A stretch of DNA of 63,857 nt, the filler included, from Phoronis australis (Eukaryota; Animalia; Phoronida), in the NCBI GenBank assembly GCA_002633005.1. It is 13 parts of 13 records of this genome, joined end to end, with 100 filler letters (N's around TTAATTAATTAA, not from the genome) between each part and the next. Parts side by side here need not be neighbours in the genome. Positions count along the whole stretch, not along the records: positions 13,132 to 16,613 come from NMRA01002993.1; positions 16,714 to 18,888 come from NMRA01003814.1; positions 18,989 to 23,931 come from NMRA01002449.1; positions 24,032 to 26,617 come from NMRA01003584.1; 9 more parts are not named here. One strand, 5' to 3'. The notes beneath the pieces were generated by a model. It was not told where the DNA came from. It did not search any database and saw nothing but the letters and a program-made list of their open reading frames with translations. Positions 13,132 to 25,026 of this stretch are shown piece by piece. Every line of letters begins with the position of its first letter. The first letter of the stretch is position 1. Made by a program: the position numbers and the translations under genes.

Positions 13132-13615
13132 GCGCCAGGCCTTTATGCAGTGTACGTCCTGGGCGTCCAAATGGACACCCTAGCACTAATATGGACGCCC
13201 TGGCAAGGACGCCCAATGTATCATTTGGACACCCACTGTCAATAGGAACCTTTCAAGTTTGGACACACACATTGTAATGATTACTAGGAAGCCTCTGAAG
13301 ACTCACAGTGGGGGCTCTTTTTTCAAAGCAGGAAGAAATATACAATGTACAAAGTATATACAATGTTGCTATGCTCACATTTGGTTGATAGCATTGTAAA
13401 AGTCTTGGTCTACACCAATATTTTATTAAAAATGCTCACTACAGAAGGCGGTTTTGTAAACTTAGATGTAAAAACCTTGGTCTATGCATTTTTTTGTAAA
13501 AAAAATCTGTGTGTTTGGGTGGATTGCTGGGGGTGGGAGGTTACGCGTCGGAATTATGGACGCCCTGGAATATTGGGAACCCCATTTTGGACACCCTATT
13601 TTCGAAATCCCATAT
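13132..13615. repeat. Repeat relic rich in ggac(g/a)ccc subterminal motifs
   Basis: Clusters of tggacaccc/ggacgccc at 13150-13270 and 13555-13600. Confidence 0.45.
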
Positions 13616-13827
13616 AAAGGCCTGAAGAGCGCAACATGTACGTGTGTGATACGAGGAGATGAAAGATGCGCACATATAACGCCTTTGTCACACATCGAGT
13701 GATGCTCAACTGATCCCACAGATGGAGTTCTATATCTGTGAATTTTTCATCTTATCAGTGGTAGCGAATGAGGATTTTAGACGCTGAAGTCCAGTCGCCA
13801 CTCCTACTGGCATTTTCCGTAGATAAT

Positions 13828-14215
13828 CCCATGGGCATGTATTCGGAAAATGAGAAATTTCAGACGTTTTAATATGAAATAAACGCCCGGCCGTTTATTC
13901 GGAAAGGGAGGCATGTCAATGGGAAGTCATAGGTTTCCTGACTTTGACATTTTCTACTCAGACGAGTTTTTAAATTTTATGTTAACAAATGCATAGTAGT
14001 TCGCCAGCACTTTGTTCGTTTTTATAAATGATAAATGCTCCAAAAACAGAATTTGTCACTAAAACCTGATGCTTAGTAGGCTTTTAAGAGGAAAATTTCC
14101 AAATAAACGCTCCACTACTCTGGACACTTGACACTAGAAGTTGTAACACCAAATAAATGCCCATGGGTGTTTATTCGGCTAAATTTTCTGAATAAATAAC
14201 ATGGGCATTTCATCG
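13828..14215. repeat. MITE-like relic with repeated palindromic AATAAACGCCC..GGGCGTTTATT motifs
   Basis: Motif variants near 13828, at 13878-13899, 14101, 14152-14175 and near 14200. Another variant lies near 31170. Confidence 0.45.
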
Positions 14216-14427
14216 GGTGGACTTACCTAGGGAAACCCCGTTAGGTATCACCATTTCGTAAAATCATTGGACAGCCGTCAGAAACTTACCAGAAGGTGAC
14301 CAAGGCGCGAGGAAAGAGTTCCGAAGAATGAGAGCTCATGGTAAAACTTAACTAATTTGAGACACAATATGGCCGACAAGTGAAATTTCATTTTATAACT
14401 CCTTCCATGGAATATGTGTAGCACAGA

Positions 14428-14519
14428 TTTTAATGACATTCCGTGTTCAATTTTAATGACATTCCGTGTTCAATTTTAATGACATTCCGTGTTCAATTTT
14501 AATGACATTCCGTGTTCAA
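14428..14519. repeat. Perfect tandem repeat, 23 bp x 4
   Basis: ttttaatgacattccgtgttcaa repeated four times. Confidence 0.95.
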
Positions 14520-14533
14520 ATTTTATTCCACAG

Positions 14534-14680
14534 CTACCATCGAAAAAGTTTTGAAAAATTGCGGTCACGCACATCAATGTCAGAGAAGTCCTTGAAATTA
14601 AAAGGAGTACATTTGACAAGTCTGACACTGAGACTTTACAGTAAAGATAACAACCTTTCAGAAAAGAATTGTCAGTACCG
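14534..14680 (+). CDS. Candidate 147-nt exon, unknown protein
   Basis: Acceptor ttttattccacag and strong donor ccg|gtaagt. Only one frame is open (YHRKSFEKLRSRTSMSEKSLKLKGVHLTSLTLRLYSKDNNLSEKNCQY), phase 2/2. Confidence 0.4.
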
Positions 14681-15097
14681 GTAAGTTCCTGAGGGTATAA
14701 TTACGCTCAGCCTGTTAATAATAACAACAGAAAGGTTGTCAACCCTTAGACTTACTAATAACTTAGCCAAAATATAACTCAGTTGCTGTGAGATGTCACT
14801 TCTACTCCAGTTAGCTAAGTCTCCAACCAGAGAGGCCTGAGACATATTGCACGTCACACCTGCAACAACAGAACACTGTTGACAGATTAGGCAGCAAGAC
14901 ACTGAGAAGCTGGACAGTCAATAGGTAGCGCTGGTGTATCAATGCTAACTAGGTTCCCAGGACTCGCATACCAATCATAGATCATGTGAAACGCTTGGTA
15001 AAAGGTACCGTAACAATGGTTTTCATTGGGTGTTGGGAAAATAACACACGACAGACCTCACATCCAACACGATCTGTGCGTTGAGACATGTACAACT

Positions 15098-16440
15098 AAC
15101 AAGAGCAAGGCGGAGCATTGAAATGCGCCCACGACAGCACCTCAAACAGGATGCTTATACATGGGCATTTTAGTATCATAAAATGGCCACCAGATGGTGC
15201 AGAATGCTTCACATCAGTCAGAATATAGACAGTAGTGCCGTCTCTGTAATACACCAAGTATTTGCCAACTTTTATGAAAATCAGCCAAGGAACTCCTAAA
15301 GGCTCTTTCATGCTAATGTCGACGCGTTGATGTTTTGGGGAGTTGAGGTCAGTACGAACGGTTAACAGTCCTGGATCGAGCATCAGCATTGATATCAACG
15401 GTCAACTTCGGTTGAATAATCACGAATCAAATTAGAAATAAGTTTTATGTCAATTAACACGTGTAAATGTTCGGAAATTGTTACATGGGATGCATCAGCA
15501 CTACCTTGCAATTACTTCGATGATGACGTCACTAAACTTTACTTCGATGTCCGTTAACTACCGAAGCCAGCATGAACGGTTCGGTTAACTAATTATGTAG
15601 TTTACAATCACGCTCCACTCAGACCGGAGATAAATCAGTATGAAAAGGGCCTTAAAATACAGAGGCAAACGTAAAAAAAACAATTAAAACTAAGGGGCAC
15701 AGCTATTCAAACTAAGGGGCACACCTATTAAAACTAAGGAGAACAGCTATTCGATTCGATTGGTCTGAAACTCATCATCAGTTGTGTCAAAGATCCTTCA
15801 AAGGATTAAGGAAATACAGCTATAGATGCCAATAGTCAAAATTGCCCCTAGGGAGCACCAGAATAGTTGAACACATCTAACAAACAACGTCAGTCACAGT
15901 CTTTGCATCAGGAACACAACCGTCAATTTTCATAATGATCCTTTGATTGGTTTGGCAGATAGGGAAGCAGATGCCAAAAACAACCAACATTTTTAAATGG
16001 CCACAAGGTGACACAGAAACCTTCAAACCTGTCCAAAAATGAGGGCATTGTCGTCTCCTGAATAGAAGCCTATTTGCAGAATTTCATGAAAATACAATTT
16101 CATAAATAAATTTCAAAGCCAGAGAGGCAAAGTAAAAACATTTTCCACAAGGGAGCAAACTTGTATTTGTATCACTTGGACACTTATTTATCGTCGCTAC
16201 ACATCTTTCAAATTTCACAAAGCTCCTTCAGAGGGAGGACGGAAAATAAATGCAAAATAACAAAAAGCAACTAAGTGGCACAGAAAACATATCTGTTCGA
16301 AAATTGGAAGGCATTGTCGACTCCTTAATAGAAACCTTTTTGCGGAATTTCATGAACACATTAATGCACTCTGCAGATACAGAGGGAAACATAAAAACAA
16401 ATTTACCACTAGGGGTATAGGTATTTGTTGGAAGCATGAA
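15098..16440 (-). mobile_element. HINE family A, degenerate minus-strand copy
   Basis: aacaagagcaaggcggagcattgaaatgcgcccac at 15098 is the reverse complement of the family 3' end (subTIR plus stem-loop). Decayed internal repeats follow. Confidence 0.7.
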
Positions 16441-17177
16441 AACTTTGAGACATCCACTTGAGAAAACAGATCAAGTTTGAGTCTAATACTGGAATTAAAA
16501 CTTACAAAAATTAGCGACGTTGTATCCTCATCTCACGGACTTCAGCTTGGCTTGTGACGTCATTGTTAAATAAAAGAGGCGTCTTATGATTCGATTTGTC
16601 ACACGTGTGGGACNNNNNNNNNNNNNNNNNNNNNNNNNNNNNNNNNNNNNNNNNNNNTTAATTAATTAANNNNNNNNNNNNNNNNNNNNNNNNNNNNNNN
16701 NNNNNNNNNNNNNGTGGGTATAGCCCCCTGTCCCCCGGCCCTATGGTGCACCGTCCATGTCATGGAAACCGCGCGAATTATGAACCCCGATTGGCGTCCG
16801 GCGTGACCTCCAAGAATTGACACGGTCGTTACCCAAGTCGGTGATAAGGCCTTCAGGGAATGCTAGTAAGCGCGAATAAAAAATGAGCCCCAGACTTTGC
16901 ACCTACAAAAGTGAGTATGATGGTTGAGGTTATTTACATCTATGTCACTCACTCGAAAAATCATCGATTACAATTAGATAAGATCAAATTGATATGTTTA
17001 ATTTCTGTAGAATCTCACGTCTCGTGTGAAACACTTTTTAAAATTCCATCTCTTCGTTTGGGTCAGAGAACATTTGCCACCTGAAATCGCAATGAACTTC
17101 AATCATTTGGCGATGTGCCTAACTTGGGACACTGATAAGCATGCAATCTATCCTTGGGATAGGTTCTCTTTCCCATG

Positions 17178-17320
17178 ATTGGTTGTTTAGAGTATGAGTG
17201 GGTGAGTCATATAAAATATCGACGCGCCAGGGGCGTGACGCTAACTGCACGAGGAACAAGCCATTCCAGTGTCATCTACCTTTGTAAGTTGCAGTAAAGC
17301 AAAACCGTCAAAAGGTAAGT
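17178..17320 (+). promoter_or_regulatory. Candidate Pol II promoter with short first exon
   Basis: Inverted CCAAT (17178), AP-1 TGAGTCA (17203) abutting TATAAAA (17210), then consensus donor AG|GTAAGT at 17315. Confidence 0.3.
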
Positions 17321-17589
17321 AAAATATGCTGTCGGCAGGTGTTAAATGTGAAGATGGCCTCGAGTCTTTCCACTTGCCAGAAAATGTAATATTACACGGC
17401 ACTCATACTCGAAAATGTTTTGTCTTGTACAAAGCTCAAGTGGGGCCTGGGCGCTACTCTGATTTAGCTGAGAGGATTTCAAAAATAGCCTAACTGCCGT
17501 ACACCGTCGGGATTGTGATTCGATTGAATTTTGTCCGTTCTCGATTTTCACGCATTCAACTAGTGGTATTGTCTTCTGTATGCACCTTC

Positions 17590-17828
17590 CAGTGGCAGAT
17601 CTACGTTTTCAGTANGGGTTAGGATTCGAACGAATCCGAGGCGCATCTAGCGCCGAGCGGAAGTAAGGTAGGGAAGGGATTTCCCCCTTCCCGTGTAAGA
17701 TTTGTTGCGGGGTTTAGTACCTGATTTCGTTTTTCTGGTGAAATTTTTTTCAATTTTATTTTTTTATTTTCGAACCTGTCCCGAGGGGGGATTTTAATCC
17801 CCTGAACCTCCCTGTAGACCCACCTCTG
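17590..17828. mobile_element. hAT-like MITE, CAGTGGCGGATC family, 5-bp TSD
   Basis: TIRs cagtggcagatctac / gtagacccacctctg, with CCTTC duplicated on both sides. Confidence 0.8.
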
Positions 17829-19574
17829 CCTTCTGCAGAATTAAAAGATTTCTACCAAACTTTCAAAAATCATGCTTAAAAAGTTCGTAGCCACTCGGAA
17901 CACCTCTGATATTTTTGGAGCCTGAAGGTGAACGTTATTTGCGCATGTGCGGATTTTACAGTCATGCGACAAGTCATGTGACTTAGATGTAGGAACTCAC
18001 AGATCTGATTCCCTAAGCTCCACACAACTTTTATGATGCCTATTCAGCACGCCCTTTGCATTGATGCGCTGAGCTACATGAATGAAGTGGAAGATATAGC
18101 ACTACTTTCTTAAATGATGGTAGTTGTTATTACACCCAAATTGGTTTTCTCTGGCATTTGCACAGAGTTGAAGCCTGCAATGTGGAGAGTAGTTTTAACT
18201 TGATACATTTTAAATATTTCAAAAAGACTAAAAGTTAATTTGCGTTGGTCTTGACAAAGGACTACTTCCCAAAGGCTCGTTGGTTTTAAATATGTTTCAT
18301 ACCTGTTTTCATTACTTCATTTTTAATACTCCTGTCTAATAGTTTTTTCCTTCTGGTTAGGGTTGCTATCTTTTTATTTTGTTTGTAAAGGAAGTATCAA
18401 AACAACTTAGAAGTCAGTTAATTGTGAACCCATCCGTCAATTTTCCAGGTTACAGCTACACCAAACATGTCACAGCAAACAAAACTATACGTGTTATTAG
18501 TTCAAGTACAATATATATCCAAAAGTGCAAATACGATGATAGCCAAGCTGAATATTTGGAACCTCTGGACAATTTTGGTTGCCGTAACTACATAACTATT
18601 CTAGCTTTTCCTCAGTCATAAAAAAATGAAATCACAGCGCCATTGTGTTCGTTAAGGTTTTTTCCCGTCTCGTTTTCCGGTTTTTGTCGATTCGACCTCA
18701 GTGTTCGTCAATAAACGCTAGCAAACCTTGTTTTATTTAACTTACTGTCGGAGCTATTGCCCACCGATCAGCCTCATCCACTGCTTGCACTCTCTCGTTG
18801 ATTACAAAGCTAGAAATCGTTTGTCTTCACACGTGTTCCACTACAACTACAAGCTCAGTGGCGGATCTAGGATATCGTAAGGGACGGGNNNNNNNNNNNN
18901 NNNNNNNNNNNNNNNNNNNNNNNNNNNNNNNNTTAATTAATTAANNNNNNNNNNNNNNNNNNNNNNNNNNNNNNNNNNNNNNNNNNNNAAAACTAACAGC
19001 ATTTTTAATATCTCACCTTGACCACTTACGTCAAACAAAATTTGACCATGTGAGTGATATCATCCTTTTGCTATTACGGTAATGTACCATTCTTTTTAAT
19101 TGCTAAATTTTACACAAAAACATTGTCACATGACCCAATTAACAACAGATTGGTAAAAAAATCAAATTCTACGGACTTACTATTTTCTGAAAATATACTT
19201 CAGGAGTTAAAGTGTTTTAGTTTTCTGTTGCCATTTAAGACCTACATAACCTTCAGGTCACTCCAATAAGTGGCGATGTGTACAAGTCAAGTAGCCCTAT
19301 TGTGTATTGCTCAAGCTGGTTACATAATACATGTTGGTCCTTATCAACACAGGAAAAACAGTAGCAGTCTGTGGATTAGTCCTCTTTCCTTCTGGTGTAG
19401 TTAACAGATTTTTGCCACGCAAATAATGCAAAAGTTTAATTTTCAATAACGAAATTAATGTTTTATAGTCTGCAGTGTCTACCTCTTTTGCCAAATCACC
19501 TGAAGGATTATTGACTAAACTGGCAGAGGTATTCCTTATGGGTAACCACGGCTGACATTGATTTTCAGACAGGT

Positions 19575-20190
19575 TCAACTGTTGTGGCGCATCATAGTGA
19601 CAATTTTTGTTGCCTCCGTGGCTGTAAGATCCTTAATTCTGTGCAGGATGTTTATGAAATTGTGGCAAGTGTTTTCCTAAGTTATTGACAACTAACCGTG
19701 ACAGCGCTTTTCCTTTTTGGGATGGGTTTGACACCACCTTTCATTTTGGAGTTTAGTTTATTCATCTACCTCTGTATTTGCCAAACCACTCAGAGGATCA
19801 TCGTAGAACTTAGCAGACTTGCGTTGATTTTGGGATGGGTCCAACAACTTTGGTGCGTTTTTGGATCTGTGACTGTATCTCCTATGTACTGGATCTTTGT
19901 GAAATTTGGCTAGGGTATTCCCATTAACTTGACAGCAAATAGATGGATCCAGTTATTGCATGCTAGTGAAATGTCGTTCTTTACATTTACCTCAGAGTCT
20001 GTATCTCTTGAGTTCCTTGATGGATTTTCAAGAAATGTGGCAAATATTTGCTACTGGGAATGCGACGGTGCCTTCCAGTTTTGCACATAGGTTTGACATA
20101 TTCTGTGCCATATAGTGACCATTTTATGTTACTAATTAGTGCCTTTAGAAATGTACCATTTGCCATGCAGCGGTGGCTGCATTATTGTTA
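19575..20190 (+). mobile_element. Highly decayed HINE family A copy
   Basis: Diverged matches to the family repeat (tgtggcgc..tagtg, gtatctcct, gaaatttggc) and to the 3' region (accatttgc). Confidence 0.5.
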
Positions 20191-21751
20191 TTGCTGATAA
20201 AGCATAAAACTATCATCAGAAATGAACTCCTCATACCCAAAAAATTGAAAACATGGTTTTCAATATGCTCCAGTGATTATAATAGCTGAAAATATGCCAA
20301 ATGTTTCCATTTTCGGCGGCAGCCATATTGGATTTTGTGCGTAGCGGCCACCAGGGGGTTAGCACAGTTTGTATGCGGTGTCTTTTAGACATGTTTAACC
20401 TATCCCTAACATTGTACCAATTTGCAAAAACTTGTCACAAAAGTGCGCTATTTTTGTGAATTCTCTCTCCGCTAATAGGCACACACCTCCCTATTCCCCC
20501 TTCCGCTTGAAGGATCATTATGAAATAGTGCAGTGTGTTCTTAGGGTTATAAGCACCAGCAGGTTATAGCTGGCATGAGGCCCACACATTCTGCTGTCTG
20601 TCTTATGAAATTTTAAAAATGCTTGTAAATTACATAGCGTAGCTAATTATAGACAAGTACATCAAGAATTTCAAATCCGTTTTCAAAATTCCTGTGGTCA
20701 CTTTTTATTTCCTTCCTTCTGAAAAACTGCTTTAATCTTAAAACTAGCGTACTGCATTGTGTTTGGCTGAAGCCTACCTACATCTGCTGTAGCCATACCA
20801 TTGGCTGCTTATCCAGCTGGGTTTGGTTACTGTACAGCCACACATTTTTTTCTGACTGGACTCCTATAAGGTTGACCTGCTGACACTAACTAGGTGTCTT
20901 TTGATTTTTTACTGTTTGGATTTCATGGATGAAGAACTGCAGAGGTTCAAAGAAAATTCTTGACCTCTTGAATGTTGGTTAAGTGAGTGAGGCGTTCTTG
21001 TCAGACAACTAGAATAATTTCATAGTTTTACTTTACATCAAAACTAATTTTTAAACCACTTGCGACCAAACATTTTCAAGGATGCGAGTACTAGTATGGT
21101 TCGGCTTCCCTGATTTTCCATTTCTGAAGTCAAGATTTCTGGTCATTGTGAAGTCGGTTCCACACCCAAGATAGAAATCAATTTGTTCGTTACTGTATCA
21201 GTTCTGAAAATAATGTGTACAGTGTGTAAATACACCTGAGTAGGTAATGATACATAAGTGGCATAAATCTGAAGATAGTTACTAGTTATGTCAGACTGAA
21301 AATTGAACGAAAATGGACATAACTTCAGCTACACAGAACAATTGTGAGGGATGATCACTCAGTAACCAGTTCAGCTAAAAGCTGCACTTGATTTACTTGG
21401 CCAGGTCGACCAGGTAAGACTTTTGATTGGTTCTTGATGACAATTTCCAGCTTAACAGACCAATCAGATGTTGGCTAAGTTTGCAGTCACAGTTATCTAC
21501 ATCAGTTATGTCATCTGAGGATACCAGAACTGAGAACCTAATCAAGGGCATTTACTATGTATTTAACGCTCTTCAGTTTAGCAACAACATGGAGGACTTT
21601 ATTGTGAAACTACTTTTCTTTCTGGTGTACTCATAAACGTAGGATTTCAGACTTGGAAGGGGTAACTACTGTACATTTCAGTCTTGGAAGGGGTATCTAC
21701 TGTAGTTCCCATAGAGGATTAGAATTTTGTAAACAGTTATAAAGCATATCG

Positions 21752-22775
21752 CAGTGGCGGATCTAGGATATCACAAGGGGGGCCCAACATTTTGTCTGTA
21801 AACATGCAAAGCACGATTGTAGATGCATATAGCACCGAATGGAAATTTTTCTGTTTTTTTCCTCTAAAAATCAAGCATTTTCCTTGATTCCTGAAGTATT
21901 ATCCAAAAAGGCAACAAAAAATAAAAACGGAGAACGTGTCAAACAGGAAAAACCGCGATTACCACAGACTCGAACTCACGACCTGGCAGCTAGATCGAGC
22001 GCGTGTGCGTTACCACTGCACCACCACAATTTATCTCCTAAATTGATACTAAGAGACCTACTTGTTTATGGTCCATAGCGTTTGCGCGCGAAACCTACTT
22101 CTTTTTGTAATGCTTATCACACGTTTTATATTTTGTGCAATCAGTTCGTAACAAATTTGTTGTATTTAAAATAGTCTTCAACTGCCCAAAAGACCAAATC
22201 CATTTTTCGTGTTGGCAATAATGACGCGATTGCTTTGGAAATCGTCTTAAGTTCATGTTTGACAAAGAGAGAATTATGAGTTTCTGAGTGATACACTAAG
22301 GCTTCGATTAAAGTTCACATATTACCAGCAGCTTCTGTTTTTTTCATCGTCACTCAGATTCCGTTTTCTTTAAAAAATGAGGTAATTTTCTTCATTGCGC
22401 AGTGGAGCAAACGACAGAAACGGAGTTGTAGTGCGCAGCACCACTGCTGGTCGCCTGGGATATCGCTGGAGAGCCTATACTTAGACATAGTTCTGCTACG
22501 ATTGTGCCATGTTCCGAATTTGACACTTGAAGTTGGATCTGAGCCCCCCCCAACACTAAAACTGCACACATTTAAATCTTGTTTTAGCCGTATAATTTTA
22601 ATTACCGGGGTTAATTAATAAACTCAACATTTCCCTACGTTCTTGCTCTTTTATTTTTTTGTGGCAGCCAAGGGGGGGGGGGGGNATAAACTCAACATTT
22701 CCCTACGCTCTTGCTGTTTTATATTTTGCGGCAGCCAAGGGGAGGGACCCCTTGCCCCCCCTAAATCCGCCTGTG
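21752..22775 (+). mobile_element. About 1-kb non-autonomous hAT-like element
   Basis: TIRs cagtggcggatctagg / cctaaatccgcctgtg. A near-full-length inverted copy lies at 25027-26013, and the same 5' end occurs at 18857. Confidence 0.85.
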
Positions 22776-22904
22776 ATACGGAGCCTGAATTAGTTGATAG
22801 GTTGATTATTAATTAAATTTCATCGTTTTTTTCATGATTTCTAAGTGAGATTTAGCCTAACAAACATAACATGAATGCATTTGATTTTTTTCAGTTGTAT
22901 TGTG

Positions 22905-23002
22905 GTCACACGAGGAGTCCTTCAGGGTGTTAACGTCACTGTTGCATGTCACAAAGGAGTCCTTCAGGGTGTTAACGTCACTGCTGCATGTCACAAAGGA
23001 GT
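22905..23002. repeat. Tandem duplication, about 42-44 bp x 2.3
   Basis: ggagtccttcagggtgttaacgtcactg(t/c)tgcatgtcacaaa repeated. Confidence 0.85.
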
Positions 23003-23054
23003 GTGTGTGTGTATGTTGTGGAGCCTTGTTTAGCAACTAAGAAATCGACTTAGT

Positions 23055-23282
23055 ATGGCCACAATAAAGCACAGTGGCACTACAACAAGCAAGACCTTTA
23101 CCAGCCTTGTGATGGACGCGTTGCATGCGTCAAGTTTTTACCAATATAGTAAAACACAACACGAAGCATCGTACTCAGGAACCAAGTCGATTCAGTGTCC
23201 TATTTGTGATCAATGTTTCACAGAAAGAGTGAGCCTGATGCGACACTGCGTCACAGCACGAGGACACTCCTTTTTGTGGTGA
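23055..23282 (+). pseudogene. C2H2 zinc-finger relic
   Basis: IQCPICDQCFTERVSLMRHCVTARG: C-x2-C, F, L and first H present; second His position reads Arg. A MITE begins immediately after. Confidence 0.4.
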
Positions 23283-23283
23283 A

Positions 23284-23931
23284 CAGTGGCGGATCTACGG
23301 GGGGGGGTTACTTCCAGTGGCGGATCTACGGAAAGGGGGTTCATGGGGTTTAACCCCCTCCCCCTTGGGCAAGGACCCAAAAATGAAGAAAACATCTCCA
23401 GCAAAACCAAAATGGCACCGCCAGCGTGTGTAAAGCATAAGAAAACCAACTTGGAAAAAATTGAGGTGGGGTTCACTCTGAAAATATAATTTTTTACATT
23501 GTGAATTGCTGTTATGAAAATCAACGAATTTCGAGTCTTCGTGGTTCATCGGCATAACACGCGGAGATCAATTGTGCGCGTGCTTCCGTCGACACTTCTG
23601 AAGTAGTCAAACATTTCAGATGGATCCACTGCTGAAAAAGCAGCTCTATAGCTGATTTCTTTAGGTAACTAGCTTCTTTACTCTAAGTTATGTTTTGATT
23701 TGATTAGGGAAAATACTGTGGTGCCGCAACCCTGGTATTCAGGCAAATTGACGTGCAACGTTTTTATCTCATCTGTCATGTCGTGTCATGCTATTACACT
23801 CCAAACGTTTGCAACTCGAATTTGATTGGTGTATAGTAAAATTGTCTTGCGCAATATCATACAGTGTACATGTACATGTAATATTTTTGAAAAAAAAACC
23901 TCGTTTTCCGAAAAATTGCTATTGTGGCGGG
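23284..23931 (+). mobile_element. hAT-like element 5' part with doubled TIR (nested insertion), cut by gap
   Basis: cagtggcggatctacgg at 23284 and again at 23315. Body 23345-23931 is homologous to 30300-30866. Confidence 0.8.
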
Positions 23932-24143
23932 NNNNNNNNNNNNNNNNNNNNNNNNNNNNNNNNNNNNNNNNNNNNTTAATTAATTAANNNNNNNNNNNNN
24001 NNNNNNNNNNNNNNNNNNNNNNNNNNNNNNNATATCCTTGATTTACAGTCTAATGACTGGAATTAATTCTTACACTGAATTCAGTTGTGCATATGTATTA
24101 TGGTCTGTATATAATTTGGAGTAAAAATAATATTTTGTTTCAG

Positions 24144-24400
24144 GAGACTCCCTTCGTTATCACAACGGTATACCTTTCAGTACCAAGGACAGAGATAACG
24201 ACAAAACACCGTTTAACTGTGCCATCAGATGCCTCGGGGGTTGGTGGTACGATTGGTGTCTCAATTCCAACCTGAACGGAAAGTACGGCAACAATTATGA
24301 AGCTGCTGGGATCAACTGGCAATTATTCAAAGGTTACCGATACTCACTGAAGAAAACCACTATGAAAATGAGACCAGCTGGCTTCCCTTCTGGAAAATAG
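24144..24400 (+). CDS. Terminal exon of a fibrinogen C-terminal domain (FReD; ficolin/tenascin/angiopoietin-like) protein
   Basis: tttcag acceptor, then (G)DSLRYHNGIPFSTKDRDNDKTPFNCAIRCLGGWWYDWCLNSNLNGKY...GINWQLFKGYRYSLKKTTMKMRPAGFPSGK*. Hallmark FST.DRDND, NCA, GGWWY..C..SNLNG and MK.RP motifs are present; AATAAA at 24677. Not in the ORF track. Confidence 0.95.
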
Positions 24401-25026
24401 TGTGGTAGTTGCAGCTTGTTTTCAACTATCAAAGTTTTCCGCATGTGGCACGTGCGTTCCGAGTTAAGATCACACCAATATAAAAAAGTACATATACGAA
24501 ACAGATATGTACCGACCATTTTAAAATCTATAGACATCTTTTGAATTGTATATTCAGCTTCTTAGCTAGAGATTCAAAATTTGTTTGTTATTTCAAAAAC
24601 ACAGCAATGGCTTATGAAGTAAAACCAGTGCAAAACTTCTACGAATTTGTTGTCATTCGTTTTCTGCTGTATCCGAAATAAAGCTAATTTCTTGAATGCA
24701 TTATGTTTCTAAACGATTTCAGAAAATTTTACAAAAAAATCATTTACAAGAACAGCAAATGTATTCTTTCTGTTTTGTAATAACGTTTTAAGCTTTGAGT
24801 AAATTGATATATATATTTCCTAAAACAGAAATCGAAATTGGTACTGAATGTGTTATAGGGTGACACTTATGGGTCAGGTCAAGAGCTAATAAAGTTATGA
24901 ACACACGTGTTTGTCGTTTCTCTCTGTTTGGATTATTTGCTACCATTTAATAACAAATTTCTCTCACTGAACTCTAAAAGTATGTTTGTGCCATCTAACA
25001 TGGTATTGCACTATTTTTGAAAAGTG

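Noticed and set aside
20200-20475. Possible Academ-like transposon terminus
   Set aside because: Only a general resemblance; no partner TIR or TSD found in the contig.
22618-22745. Direct duplication of about 60 bp next to a poly-G run
   Set aside because: Split by an N at a homopolymer and absent from the inverted copy at 25027; probably two alleles or reads placed side by side.
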